Below are positions 11,144 through 22,402 of a DNA stretch of 64,000 nucleotides, one piece after another. Position 1 is the first letter of the stretch. The number at the start of each line of letters is the position of its first letter. The notes under the pieces were generated by a model. The model had not been told where the DNA came from. It ran no database searches and saw only the letters and a list, made by a program, of their open reading frames with translations. The position numbers and the translations under genes were made by a program. Where the stretch lies: positions 2,656,001 to 2,720,000 of the forward strand of contig OZ250169.1 of NCBI GenBank assembly GCA_965237955.1. The letters run 5' to 3'. The DNA comes from Candidatus Marinacidobacterales bacterium (GTDB lineage: Bacteria > Acidobacteriota > Vicinamibacteria > Marinacidobacterales > SMYC01).

Positions 11144-12927
11144 CAGCCACTCGTCCACCCAGGGATTCTCCGGGCTGATGCGACTCAGTTCCAGGATCAA
11201 CTGACCTCGTACCGCTGGATCTTCATCAGTACGCAACCAGTGGGCTTGGGCTGAGGGCTCCGGCGCCGAGTCTGGAGAGCACCCGTACAGCCAACGTGCG
11301 CAGATTTGGGCTGGCGGCCCGTGCCGCCTCGAGCGCCAACCGGGTTCCCAGCTCCGGCTGCCGGCTCGCGAGCCACAAAGAGCGTGCTCGAAGCCAGGCT
11401 GATCCGCTGCTGAACATCTCCTCAACCAGCGAGGTGTGGCCCGCGGCCACCGCACGACTGAGTGTTTGGTAAGCCAAAAAGCGCCGGGCAGGGTTTGCGG
11501 ACGCTAGCGCAGCCTGCAGGCCCCCGGGGCTCTCCAGATCCAAGGGCGGCATCTTATAATGCGAGCCCCGAGGCGCCAGTCGGTAGAGCCGGCCTCCCTC
11601 GACATCGCCCATTCGATGCCCGCCTACTCCGGGATCAAACCAGTCGGCTACGATCAAGGATCCGTCGGGAGCCACCACGACATCGATCGGCCGGAACCAG
11701 TCGTCCTTCTCACTCGACAACAGGACCTCGACCTGCGCGCGAAACCCGGCACCCGACCGTTGAGGCCGGTAGGCACGCACTACACCGGGCCCGGCATCAG
11801 CGTGAAGCAACGTCCCCTGTAGCCTGGAAGGAAGCAGATCTCCTTCATAGACAGCCATGCCGGCCGGTGACCCGAAGCCGGTTCGAATCATTTTGGGGAT
11901 CACCCCAGCCCGATCTTCGTTCCAGTGCACGGCATCCAGACGCCGATCTCCCATCCGTTGGGGCCAGTATCCATAATAGCCGCCCTCCATCACATAGTTG
12001 ACCCTGCACTGTTGGTTGCCATCGTCGTCATTATCCGAGATGAAAACGATGCCGAAGGAATCCACCGCCGGCTCGTAAGGGTTACGCATCCCGTCTGCCA
12101 GGACCTCCAAATGCTTGCCTTCGAGATCGCTTCTTAGCACGGTGGCAGCACGGTAGGGCTCTCCTTCTCTGCCGGCTCGGATTCGATGACCCGATCCGTC
12201 AGTGACATCCAGACCCTCGTCCCCATTGCTCATGTATAGAAGACCATCCGGACCGAAGACGACACCGTGGAGACCATGGTCGTGGTCTACTCCTCCGAAA
12301 CCGCCTAGAACCACCGTTTTACGGTCGGCCACTCCGTCCCCATCCAGGTCCTGAAGATAGAACAGCTCTGGCGATTGGCACACATAAACCCGATCGCCCA
12401 AGACCGCTACACACAAGGGTGATTGCAGACTCGGATCCTGGTAGAACGTGTGGGCCTCGTCGGCTCGACCATCTCCGTCCGTGTCCTCCAATACCCGTAT
12501 CCGATCACCCTTCGGCTCGACAACATCCTGGTTGAAGAGCCGGTAGTTGACAGCCTCCGCCACCCAGACACGCCCCTCGGCATCCACATCGACAGCAGTC
12601 GGATTTCGCAGTTCGGGCTCGGCCGCAAAGAGACTCACTTCCAACCCTTCTGCTACCTGCATGACCTCCAGCGACTGCTGCGGCGCCAACTTGGAAGTGG
12701 CTACCGGCGGACTGACGCTAGAACACGTCGAAGACATCAACACCAGCCCGCCGGAAAAGAGGCCAAGACTACCCCGCAACCACATGGGCCTAACTATAAA
12801 GCGTAGCTACCGGCATTTAAAAGGCAGGCAGCCTTGGCGACCCTTGAACCGTGGGAAGCAAGTGGGTTGCACTTGGTACTTTGAAGACTCAACTTTAGAC
12901 TCGGAGAATCAGAGGACGTGACTCAGT

Positions 12928-13047
12928 GTGACGAACCAGGACATCAGCAGAGAAATCACAGCAGGGGTGACGACATTCCTCACCATGGCCTATGTGATTG
13001 TGATCAACCCAACCATAATGGCTGCGGAAGGCACAGGGATCCCGTAG
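12928..13047 (+). pseudogene. N-terminal fragment of NCS2/AzgA purine permease, truncated by an IS end
   Basis: GTG start after GAGGA; TNQDISREITAGVTTFLTMAYVIVINPTIMA, then a stop inside the IS terminus. Confidence 0.7.
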
Positions 13048-13600
13048 TGTGCCAAAACTCAGTCGGAAGGCGAAGGCCATTATTATTAGAGACCTGCTCC
13101 ACTTGAATCGGGGGAAAGAGGATGTTCTCGGCCAGCATTTCGGCGCGGTTTCTTGAGGGCGTGGCGGCGCGATAGGTCAGAGATGGGCCTCAGGCTCGCC
13201 ATCGCGTTTCTCGAAGCCTTTGATCCTCGGCTGTGAAACGTGGCCGCTCCGCTTACGCTGCCTCACGATAGTAGTATCGGAGAATCCCGCCAAGACGTTC
13301 CCGACACTGAACGCTCCCCTCATTGGCGGGCCTGTCGGGCACTTCGGAGATCAACCTGTTGCCGAGACCTTGGTGATTTCTTTCCAGTTGGTAATGGGCG
13401 ACGTAAGCGCGAACGGTCGTGCGAAGATGATTCTCTCCGAGCGGAACGATCCTGTTGAGACACTCGTGCTTTATCGAACGAACAAACCGCTCCGCGTGAG
13501 CGTTCAGATTCGGACTCCTTGCGGGTAGTTTCACGGTCTCCACCCCTGCAGGGGAGAGCGTGGCACGGAATGACGCTGAGAACAGCGGGTGTTCTTCATC
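13044..13600 (-). mobile_element. Right part of an integrase-core (rve) IS-like element
   Basis: LPARSPNLNAHAERFVRSIKHECL...ERNHQGLGN...RERLGGILRYYYREAA*; end GAGTTTTGGCACACTAC on the minus strand. Confidence 0.75.
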
Positions 13601-13769
13601 ATTATTGATCCGCCGGCCACGAAAGGCCATGACGGGCTCGGCGATGACGACGGCGGCAGGTTACACACTCAAATCAGTGCCGAGATCACTCGAGCATCGA
13701 GCTCAAAGGGCCGAAGAACGCGGGCCTGGCCCGCTCCGCCCGGCGACTTTACCGCGAACCGAAGCTGCA

Positions 13770-13927
13770 CTACGCAGCTTCGCGCCATTCGTACCGATGG
13801 TGCAGTCCACCCACCCTCGGCAGCGCGACGACTTTCGCCGTCGACGAAGGTCGCGGCGTGATCGGCCTCTCGTCCGGCGTGTCTTTACCGAGTCCCAAGT
13901 GGCAGCGATCCTCGTGGTAGTAGCTGA
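13770..13927 (-). pseudogene. C-terminal fragment of a second integrase-core transposase, interrupted by the RIT element
   Basis: YHEDRCHLGLGKDTP...LPRVGGLHHRYEWREAA*. Confidence 0.7.
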
Positions 13928-14072
13928 TGTATGCCGACTACCGGATTATGCCGCGTAGAGTGGCCTGAGGCGCTTTGGCGCTGTCTTTAGCGGATTTCTA
14001 GTCGGCATAAAACTATCTGTTTTCTCGTGTCATGGTGACGCCTTCCCGGCCAATGCCGGGGAAGGAGGTCCT

Positions 14073-15287
14073 ATGACGACAATACCGCGCATCCGTATTA
14101 ACGGCCCACTCGTGCCTTTCGTCGGCAGAGTTTGGTCACACCTGCTTGCGCAGGGCTATAGACCGCGTACGAGCAAGAACTTATTGCATCTGGTGAGCCA
14201 TCTGAGCCGTTGGCTTGTTGCCGCTGGGCTGCGGCTGAGCGATCTCACGCGTGAAAGCATCGAGGCGTTTTTTGGCGATAGGAGACAAGCTGGTTACAAG
14301 AGTCATCTCACACCGTTGTCGCTCAGACCGATATTGCAGTATCTGGAGGCCGAAGGCGTTGTGTCGATTCCGGAAGTTCTGGTGACGCGCAACACGGTCG
14401 AAGAGCTCTTGGATGAATACGAGCACTTCCTTCTCAAAGAGCGCGGGCTCCAAGTCTCGACGGCCCGCTGTTACCGTCAGTATGCTGAGAAATTCCTATC
14501 CCATGGGTTTGACTCGAAATGCGTAGAACTCGGCTGCCTCGGCGCAGACGACATCACAACGTTCATACTGCACGAATCCAAAACGTCGAGCGTAGCCACC
14601 ACAAAGCTTGTGGTGACCGCGTTACGCTCGTTACTTCGCTTCCTGCATCTTCGAGGCGATCTCCAACGCGAGCTTGTAGGCGCAGTGCCTGGCGTCGCGG
14701 GTTGGCGACAAGCCGGCGTGCCCAAGTTCATTTCATCTCGAGAGCTTCGGCTACTTCTGAACAGCTGCGATCGCCGCCGCCACGTGGGTCGCCGTGATTT
14801 CGCCATCCTGGTTTTGCTCTCGCGACTCGGACTTCGCAGCTGTGAAGTCGCGGCCCTCCAACTCGACGATATCGATTGGCGAGCAGGTGAGCTCATCCTC
14901 CATGGCAAAGGCCATAGTGATGAGCGGCTACCTCTGCCCAGCGATGTTGGACAAGCGATTGCCGGATATCTGAAACGGGGACGGCCATCCTCACTCTCAG
15001 AATCTAGAGCATTTTTTCTTACGAGCCGGGCACCCTATCGGCGTTTATCTCGCGGTCGCGTCACTGGGATCGTCGCTGCGGCCTCAGCGCGTGCGGGTCT
15101 ACGGAGAATCAGCAGTCATCGTCTCCGCCATACTGCAGCAACGCAGATGCTCCGCAACGGAACATCGCTCACCGACGTTGCGCTTGTTCTGCGACATCGA
15201 AGCATCGATACGACTGCCATCTACGCCAAAGTCGACCACTCCACTTTGCGGGAGCTGGCACAGCCATGGCCAGGGGGTGAGGCATGA
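14073..15287 (+). CDS. ritA: RIT tyrosine recombinase A
   Basis: RRDFAIL..LGLRSCEV, HRLRHTAATQML, LRHRSIDTTAIYAKVD, ends QPWPGGEA. Confidence 0.85.
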   Translation: MTTIPRIRINGPLVPFVGRVWSHLLAQGYRPRTSKNLLHLVSHLSRWLVAAGLRLSDLTRESIEAFFGDRRQAGYKSHLTPLSLRPILQYLEAEGVVSIPEVLVTRNTVEELLDEYEHFLLKERGLQVSTARCYRQYAEKFLSHGFDSKCVELGCLGADDITTFILHESKTSSVATTKLVVTALRSLLRFLHLRGDLQRELVGAVPGVAGWRQAGVPKFISSRELRLLLNSCDRRRHVGRRDFAILVLLSRLGLRSCEVAALQLDDIDWRAGELILHGKGHSDERLPLPSDVGQAIAGYLKRGRPSSLSESRAFFLTSRAPYRRLSRGRVTGIVAAASARAGLRRISSHRLRHTAATQMLRNGTSLTDVALVLRHRSIDTTAIYAKVDHSTLRELAQPWPGGEA

Positions 15288-16198
15288 ACGCGCTTGGACT
15301 CGCTCTCGGGCTGTTCGTCGTGCTCTCGGCTTCAAACTTGACACAAACGAGCACCTGCTCCGCAACTTCGTCGAATACGCGCAACAACAGCATTCCTCGA
15401 TCGTGACGACAGCGTTGGCTTTGGATTGGGCCATCCAGTCGAACAACGTCGCGTCCATCACGCACGCTAACCGCCTCATCGCCGTGCGTGGTTTCGCGCG
15501 GTATCTGCACGCATCGGACCCACGGCACGAAGTTCCACCTGCCGAGCTGATCCCGTACCGCAAGATTCGATACGAGCCGTATATCTTACTCGGATGAGGA
15601 CGTTACAGCTCTGCTCGGCGAAGCCCAGGTGATTCCACATCCTTTGATGGCCGCCACCTACACCACCTTGTTTGGCCTGCTTGCTGTCACTGGAATGCGC
15701 CTTGGCGAGGCCCTCAGGCTCGACCGTGATGACGTCGACTGCAACAACGCGGTGCTCTTCGTCCGAGACTCCAAATTCAAGAAGTCGCGAGAACTACCGC
15801 TCCATTCGACGAGTCGGGATGCGATACGCACCTACGCTGAGCAACGCAATGAGTTCATCTCACGACCACGAGCACCGAGCTTCTTACTCTCTACCTCGGC
15901 AACGCGGCTCATCAGCCAAAACGTACACGCCAACTTTTTGAGACTCCGGAAAAGAGCTGGTCTGAATCACTGCCGCCCCCGCCGACCTCGGATTCACGAC
16001 CTGCGCCACTCGTTCGCAGTCAAGACGATTCGCCGCTGGTACGAAGCCGGTTTAGACGTCGAGCCGAGACTGCCTTCTTTGTCGACCTACCTCGGTCATG
16101 TCAGTCCAACATCAACCTACTGGTATCTGACCGCTACTCCTGATCTGATGGCGCTTGCCGGAAAACGACTCGAACGCGCTATGGAGAAACTGCCATGA
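15284..16198 (+). pseudogene. ritB: RIT tyrosine recombinase B, frameshifted
   Basis: RRALGFKL...ALDWA in one frame; TGMRLGEAL, PRIHDLRHSFAV, LSTYLGH...TYWYLTATPDL in another. Confidence 0.8.
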
Positions 16199-16258
16199 CC
16201 ACTCTCTGCCTTTGCTCGAAGCGCTTTTTCTCGATCGACTACTCCGGCAACAGCAGGC
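16195..16258 (+). pseudogene. 5' stub of RIT recombinase C
   Basis: ATG overlaps the ritB stop; LPLLEALFLDRLLRQQQAS resembles the RitC N-terminus; cut by the next IS. Confidence 0.55.
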
Positions 16259-17756
16259 TAGCCGTGCTGCTCACACAGACATCATGCAGATTTCCGAGCA
16301 GGTTTTCGACGAGGCCCTGTTCTGGCGACACTCCGGACAGCAGGGCCAGCGCGTGAAGAGTCGCAGCGATGACAACTCGCTGCTCGATTTGCTGCGCTCC
16401 TGACCCGCTGCGCGGTTTTGCGCTGCTCGGAGAGCCGCTCAAGCACATTCTCCTCTCGGCCGAAGTACACCTCGTCCGGCGTGCGAGCGCCAAGAACGGC
16501 GCGCGGAATCTTTTCATTGTGCTCACCGACGTAGAAGGCGACGAGACGCCGCACCGCCGCCGGACTGTCGAGGGTGTTCAGGAAAAGCCACGCGTGCTTC
16601 AATTGTCGCCAAAACGCTTCGATCAATGAGTTCGAGCAGACGATGTCGATTTGCGCGAGCACGCGACTCAGAGAACTTGAATCCTCGAGAAGCTGCTCAA
16701 CCTCGCCGAAGTTCTCCGAACCGCCGTCGGTGACAACAAGCACGCTGGCGTTCGCTGCCGCGTCAGGGAGCTCCTCCGAGGCCTCGATGATGAGCTCGCG
16801 GGTCGTGGTCGAGAGCAGCTTGTCGCTCACCCGTCAAGCAAGAATCCTTCGGCTGAAATTGTCGATGACCGCCTGGAGGTAGATTCGGATGCCGGTCGTC
16901 AGCCGGATCACCGTCGCGTCGATCAGCCAATACTCGTTGGGACGCGTCGCCCTAAGGCCTTCTTTGGGCTTCACGGGATGCACTCGCGTTCGGGGACGCC
17001 TCCAGCCGCGCTCGCGAATCATCTTGTACCAGGTGCTTGCCGATGCGAAGAGCTTGCCAAGCCGCTGCGCGTAAAGCGCTAGGTTCTGGACGGCGATGTG
17101 GCGATAGGTCTCGGACTCGACGAAATCCCTCATCGTGGACACTTCTTCGCGCGTGAGCTGGCTTGGAAACGACTTTGGGCAACTCCGTTGATCGTCGAGC
17201 CCGCAGCCCTCTTCCCGGCGTCGCCACGCGTGATAACGCGCCGACGAGATGCCTACGATTCTAAGTGCGGTGCCCAACGACAGCCGGCCGCTCGCCGACG
17301 CAATCGCCCTCAAAACGACGGATTTGGTCGCCCCATCGGGAACGCGATCGGCGTCGAGTTTGCCTCCGCGGAGCCTCAACACTCGCACCAGTAACCCGAT
17401 GACCGCCGCCTGCACCTTGGCTCGCTGTCTTAGATCGTCGACCTGCTCCAATAGCTCGTAGACCTCCAGCTCAACGTCCACCGAAGCAACCACGGGCCGC
17501 ACCTCGCCGCGCGCCCAGGTGCGTCGCGTCGAGGCCGGGATGGCGACGTCCCGGAAAAGGTCCGCATTACCAGTCGCGGCGATGGCGTCACGCAGCCGAT
17601 GGTCGTAGCTCCGGCGAACTCGGTGGGTTCTCGTCATGCCCAAGAATGGCAGGGAGCTATTCTCATGACCAGCCGGCCGATGATGGCTGTCTGCAAAGGA
17701 TACTGTCGAACGTTCGCTCTCGATCCTCCACAATGATCGTGCGAGGAGCACGGCTA
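16259..17756 (-). mobile_element. DDE/rve-type IS; transposase 17637..16282 has a single in-frame TGA at 16834-16836
   Basis: Imperfect IRs TAGCCGTGCTGCTCACAC / GTGCGAGGAGCACGGCTA; WLIDAT, IDNFSRRILA*, VTDGGSEN, SNSLIEAFWRQLKH. Confidence 0.8.
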
Positions 17757-17884
17757 CAACGGTAATGATGACGGTAGAAATAGTAATAAACGTAGGAGTT
17801 GGAAAAAAGAAAATGGAGTTGGTGGAGGCTCCAGCATGATATGCATGCTGATACCATTTTCAATGTTACAGTCCACTAGTTGCC

Positions 17885-19026
17885 GCGCCATCCTCCCGCG
17901 AGAGAGCGGCGCATCCGACCTGCCAATGGCGGACGCGATCCCGTTCCGCTCGCCGGAGTCGTTGCGCGTGAGCTTGCCGCTTAGCGACGGTCGTGCCACC
18001 GTGGGCATGGGAGTACCCGTTGGCGTTACCCTCATCGTGGGCGGCGGCTATCACGGAAAGAGCACCGTGTTGAAAGCGATCGAGCGCGGGGTCTACCCTC
18101 ATATTCCTGGGGATGGTCGCGAGGGCGTGGTCAGTCGCATCGACGCCGTGAAGATACGAGCCGAAGACGGCCGGCGGGTGTCATGCGTCGATATCAGCCC
18201 GTTCATCCAACGCCTCCCCCTGGGCCGTAGCACCGTGGATTTTTCGTCGGATGACGCAAGCGGTAGCACGAGCCAAGCGGCGAACATCATGGAAGCGCTC
18301 GAAGTCGGTGCCAAAGTGCTTCTTCTCGACGAAGACACCTCGGCGACGAACTTCATGATGCGCGACGCCCGCATGCAAGCTCTGGTCGCGAAGGACCGGG
18401 AGCCCATCCTGCCGTTTCTCGACCGCGTGCGCGAACTCTACCAGAGACTAGGGGTGTCTACCGTGCTGGTGATGGGCGGTTCGGGTGATTACTTCGAGCC
18501 CGCCGACAACATTATTAGAATGACCGAGTATGTTCCGGAAGACGTCACCGCGGAAGCGAAACGCATCGCGGCCGAGCGCCCGACAGGCCGCAACGCCGAA
18601 TCGGATCGCCCCTTCACTCTGACTCGCGAGCGACGACCGGTCCCGAGCTCGATCGACGCCTCTCGCGCCTCTCGATATCGAAGCGACGTCAAGATCGAGG
18701 CCCGGGGACGCGACCAGATTCTTTTCGGCCGCGAGACCCTCGACCTACGAGCAGTCGAACAGCTCGTCGATCCGAGTCAAACGCGCGCGACCGGATATGC
18801 CATGCACCTGGTGACGAAACGTTTTTCGGACGCGACGAGCCTGAACGCTATGATGGACCGTCTGGAATCGTTGTTCGACGAGGAGGGTCTCGACGTCCTT
18901 GCCCCGTTTTTACGCTCGGGCGGAGGCCCGGGTGAGCATCCGGGTAACTTCGCCAGACCAAGACGCTTCGAAGTCGCTTCTGGATTAAACCGGTTGCGCT
19001 CGGTCGAAATGGAGCCCGCTTCATGA
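17885..19026 (+). pseudogene. ABC-ATPase domain protein (PF09818-like), 5'-truncated
   Basis: ILPRESG, Walker A GGGYHGKST, DASGSTSQAA, LLDEDTSATNFM; N-terminal domain absent. Confidence 0.8.
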
Positions 19027-20387
19027 ATGCTTTCTTGTTAGCCCTAGTTCTCGCCACGAATGCTCAAAGTCCAGTCGACATCCTGATAAGGGGCGGCACC
19101 GTCGTCACCATGGACGGTGAGCGGCGCGTGCTCGAATCTGGTGCGGTCGCCATCCGCGGCGACCACATCGAGGCCATTCTCTCCGCCTCGGATCCGCTTC
19201 CGGACGCGGCCGAGACGATCGATGCTTCCGGCCACCTCGTCATCCCGGGCCTCATCAACGCGCATGGCCACGCGGCGATGACGCTCCTTAGAGGCATCGC
19301 CGACGATCTCGCTCTTCTGGAATGGCTCGAGAACTACATCTTTCCCGCCGAAGCGCAGAATGTCGCGCCCGAGTTCGTCTACTGGGGATCGCTCCTTGGC
19401 TGCGTGGAGATGGCTCGCGGGGGCACCACCACCTATGCCGACATGTACTATTTCGAGGAGGAAGTCGCGCGCGCCACCGAAGCGGTCGGCATCCGCGGCG
19501 TGCTCGGCCAGTCTGTTATCGGCTTCCCCGCGCCCGACTACAAGACCCCAGAAGAAGCGCTAATAGGCGCCGAGGGCTTCATCGAGAAGTACAAATCCCA
19601 TCCACTCGTGATCCCTTCCATCGCGCCACACGCTCTCTACACGACGCCCCTCGAGATCGTCGCCAAGGCGCACGCAATCGCTCGCAAGCACGATGTCCCG
19701 TTCCAGATCCATGCGGTCGAGCCTCCGGAAGAAAACGATCAGATAATGGAGAAGCTCGGCAAGCGCACGATTCCGGCTCTCGACGATGCCGGGGTCCTCA
19801 CCCCGGGCGTCATCCTCCATCATGCGATTTGGCTTTCGGACGACGACATCCAACGCATCGCCATGAGCGGCGCGTCAGTGTCCCACAACCCGGAAAGCAA
19901 CATGAAGACCGCGTCGGGCCTCGCGCGTGTGCCCGAGCTCCTCGCCGCCGGGATCGCTGTCGGCCTCGGCACCGATGGAGCCGCGAGCAACAACAACCTC
20001 GACATGTTCGAAGAAATGGACACGGCGGCAAAGCTCCACAAGCTCGTGCGTGAGGATCCGACGGCGATGCCCGCGACCACGGTCTTTCACATGGCGACGA
20101 TGGGAGGCGCTAGAGCTCTCGGTATCGACGATAGAGTCGGCTCGCTCGAAGCCGGCAAGCTAGCCGACATCGTGCTCGTCGACGTCCGCGCTCCCGAGCT
20201 GACACCTCTCTACAATGTCTATTCCCACCTCGTCTATGCGATCAAAGGCGGGCACGTGGCAACGGTCCTCGTGGGAGGCCGAGTAGTCGTCCGTGACAAG
20301 GATGTCGTTGCGGTTGATGAGTCTGAAGTGATGGAGAAGGCGAACGAGCTGAAGGAGCAGATTCTTCGAAGTCTCGAGGCGCGCTAG
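19023..20387 (+). CDS. Metal-dependent amidohydrolase (MtaD/SAH deaminase-like)
   Basis: PGLINAHGH, HNPESNMK, LGTDGAASNN, GSLEAGKLAD. Confidence 0.9.
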   Translation: MNAFLLALVLATNAQSPVDILIRGGTVVTMDGERRVLESGAVAIRGDHIEAILSASDPLPDAAETIDASGHLVIPGLINAHGHAAMTLLRGIADDLALLEWLENYIFPAEAQNVAPEFVYWGSLLGCVEMARGGTTTYADMYYFEEEVARATEAVGIRGVLGQSVIGFPAPDYKTPEEALIGAEGFIEKYKSHPLVIPSIAPHALYTTPLEIVAKAHAIARKHDVPFQIHAVEPPEENDQIMEKLGKRTIPALDDAGVLTPGVILHHAIWLSDDDIQRIAMSGASVSHNPESNMKTASGLARVPELLAAGIAVGLGTDGAASNNNLDMFEEMDTAAKLHKLVREDPTAMPATTVFHMATMGGARALGIDDRVGSLEAGKLADIVLVDVRAPELTPLYNVYSHLVYAIKGGHVATVLVGGRVVVRDKDVVAVDESEVMEKANELKEQILRSLEAR

Positions 20388-22015
20388 TACTCCTCGTCTT
20401 TTTGAGCGCCGCCGAGATAACCCAAGCTCTCGAGGATACTTTCGGTCTCGCTGGACACGGCAGTCTCGCCCGATTCGTACAATGCCTTCGAAAGGCGCCG
20501 GCGCTCGGCACGAAAGCCTTCGGCAGATTCTTTGAGGGCGGCCGGATTGTGGGGACCGGCATCCTCGAGTAGATTGTTCTCTTCCCACGGATCGCTAGCG
20601 ACGTCGAACGCAATGCGTTTGAAGCCACGCCGCCACATCCACTTGTAAGGCCACCGGTACGACGCCATGCCGGTAAGCCCGCGCGTCTCATGGCTGAGAC
20701 CATAAGCCCCAAAAGGCTCGGGCTCGGGACAGGTGTTCGACTCCCAGCACTCGACCCAGGAACGTCCTTCCATCGCAACGTTCTGCAAACCGACGATGTC
20801 CAGAATCGTCGGGGCGACGTCGATTATGAGCCCGGGCCGATCTGCGATGACGTGACCCCCGGGTAATCCCGCACCGCGCATCATCCATACGATACGGAGT
20901 TGATCCTCGTACACGTGCGATGCGTGTCCCACGACGTCGTGCACAAAAAGCCCTTCGCCGTGGTCGGAGACCACGACAAGGAGAGTTTCATCGACAATCC
21001 CGAGAGAATCGAGCTTGTCGACGAGCTCACCGAGATAGCGATCCATCGTCGCCACGTTTTTCTCGTAGTTGGGCAACACCACTGAGGGGGGCGGCCGCTG
21101 CATTTGGCCCGAGAAGTGAAGCTCGAGCATCGTCGCGCTCCCCTCATCGTTCACGAGCTGGGTCTCGAAGCTTGGCTGCATCGGCGTGTGAACCTCGGGG
21201 AGCTCGTCCTCCGTGTAGTCGCGAAGCATGTCGGGCGATATCAGCAGGAGCTCGATTCCCGTCTCGGGGCGGTCGTCAGGCCGCGCTTCCCAGAGCGAAG
21301 TCCATCTCAACCGGTGCTCGCCCGGTAGAAGCTCGACGTCGACAAAATATTGCTCGGCACTCGCGAGGTTGTAGGTGCCGATCAGTTCATCATCCAACCA
21401 CAGCTCAGTATCCGGAGGTGCATCGGGGGTCACGTACGGCTCGTGCGGATCCGAGAAATGGACCCACAGAAAGAATGGCTCCTCCTTGTTGTCGTCGAGC
21501 CAGGATTTCAACGGCTCGACGATCTCATGCGCTCTGCGATACCAACGCTCGGGTCCTTCGACGAACGGGTCGTGAAAATCCTGGAAGCCCTGGTTCACCC
21601 CGAACGCACGCGTAAGCACTCCGAGCGTGATGAACGCACCGGTGCGGTAGCCCGCATCCCCCAGGACCTCAGCGAGCGTAGTCGCGCTGTCCGGAACTCG
21701 ATCGCCGTTGGCCATGACGCCGAGCGTAGGCGGAGATACACCGGTCAGGAGCGCGGCGTGCGACGGAAGCGTGATCGGCGTTTGCGTGTACGCGTTCTCG
21801 AAGCGCACGCCCTCCGCGGCCAAGCGATCGAGCACCGGCGTCGTCTCGACGTCTGGGTTGTAAGGCCCGGCCTTATCGACGTGAAGCGTGTCCAGCGAGA
21901 CGAGGACGATTCGGGGAACGCGGGAGCGAGCTCGCGACGCGCGGAAGTCGTCACAGCCGGAGACGAGCGTCGCCCCGACGAGAGCGCCGACGATTGAGAT
22001 GACGAGCCGGATCAC
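20384..22015 (-). CDS. Sulfatase-like hydrolase, lipoprotein
   Basis: Lipobox LVSGC; VSLDTL, TLPSHAALLTG, FLWVHFSDPHEPY, SDHGE, LESLGY. Confidence 0.88.
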   Translation of the reverse strand: MIRLVISIVGALVGATLVSGCDDFRASRARSRVPRIVLVSLDTLHVDKAGPYNPDVETTPVLDRLAAEGVRFENAYTQTPITLPSHAALLTGVSPPTLGVMANGDRVPDSATTLAEVLGDAGYRTGAFITLGVLTRAFGVNQGFQDFHDPFVEGPERWYRRAHEIVEPLKSWLDDNKEEPFFLWVHFSDPHEPYVTPDAPPDTELWLDDELIGTYNLASAEQYFVDVELLPGEHRLRWTSLWEARPDDRPETGIELLLISPDMLRDYTEDELPEVHTPMQPSFETQLVNDEGSATMLELHFSGQMQRPPPSVVLPNYEKNVATMDRYLGELVDKLDSLGIVDETLLVVVSDHGEGLFVHDVVGHASHVYEDQLRIVWMMRGAGLPGGHVIADRPGLIIDVAPTILDIVGLQNVAMEGRSWVECWESNTCPEPEPFGAYGLSHETRGLTGMASYRWPYKWMWRRGFKRIAFDVASDPWEENNLLEDAGPHNPAALKESAEGFRAERRRLSKALYESGETAVSSETESILESLGYLGGAQKDEEY

Positions 22016-22284
22016 GAGAGAAGCTCCATGAGCGGCTCCAAGAGAGCGCGGTTCGTACTCTTGCTCGATTCACCCATCTCTTCACCGAAGAGGCCGTGAT
22101 CAGGAAACCGCTTTTCAATGAGCCTGCGCAGAAGCTCCTCGCTGCCTCGGTCCGCAACGGTGACCGGCGACGCGTCCGGTTTGCGATCGACGCTGACTCC
22201 AGTCTGGAAGTGCGCCAACGTGAGCTGCCCGGCTTGAAACGCCGCGTTGGTGGCGAAATCGACGTATTCTCGAATGGAAACCAT
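22012..22284 (-). pseudogene. Inositol monophosphatase/HisN family gene with large internal deletion
   Basis: KPDASPVTVADR...FPDHGLFGEE joined directly to a C-terminal-like TNRALLEPLMELLS; the WIIDPIDGT core is missing. Confidence 0.75.
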
Positions 22285-22324
22285 GGTGCGCGCGAGATTA
22301 TAGCAAGCCGCGATCGACCCAGCC

Positions 22325-22402
22325 GCCAGCCTTCGCATGAAGCTTCGGCTGGCCCGCCGAAGCCAATGGCGAAGGCGGGTCGATCGGCCATCAGCCATCA
22401 GC
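22325..22402. repeat. Intergenic double-hairpin palindromic repeat followed by TC(A/G)GCCA heptamers
   Basis: GCCAGCC..GGCTGGC and CCCGCC..GGCGGG stems; TCGGCCA TCAGCCA TCAGCT. Confidence 0.5.

Larger units (their letters stand above)
8576..12785 (-). pseudogene. PVC-type membrane-bound dehydrogenase / HEAT / heme-c (CxxCH) protein, split by IS630 plus a frameshift near 11240-11270
   Basis: N-terminal beta-propeller (LFAAEP...GRVWVAE...GDRIRVLEDTDGDG, GMRNPYE); C-terminal CSNCH, IGPDLS, SLMP; removing the IS restores WLL-DLAAQFDGQDRYY in frame. Confidence 0.88.
13928..16258 (+). mobile_element. RIT (recombinase-in-trio) element, right part lost
   Basis: Left end has TATGCCG repeats and an inverted TAGTCGGCATA; three overlapping tyrosine recombinase genes follow. 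Confidence 0.85.

Noticed and set aside
16834-16836. In-frame TGA as selenocysteine or programmed readthrough
   Set aside because: The position corresponds to a Trp typical of rve transposases (RRILAW); a simple TGG>TGA mutation is more likely
20384-22015. Thr in place of Cys/Ser in the sulfatase motif (TLPSH) as a novelty
   Set aside because: This variant is common among sulfatase-like hydrolases
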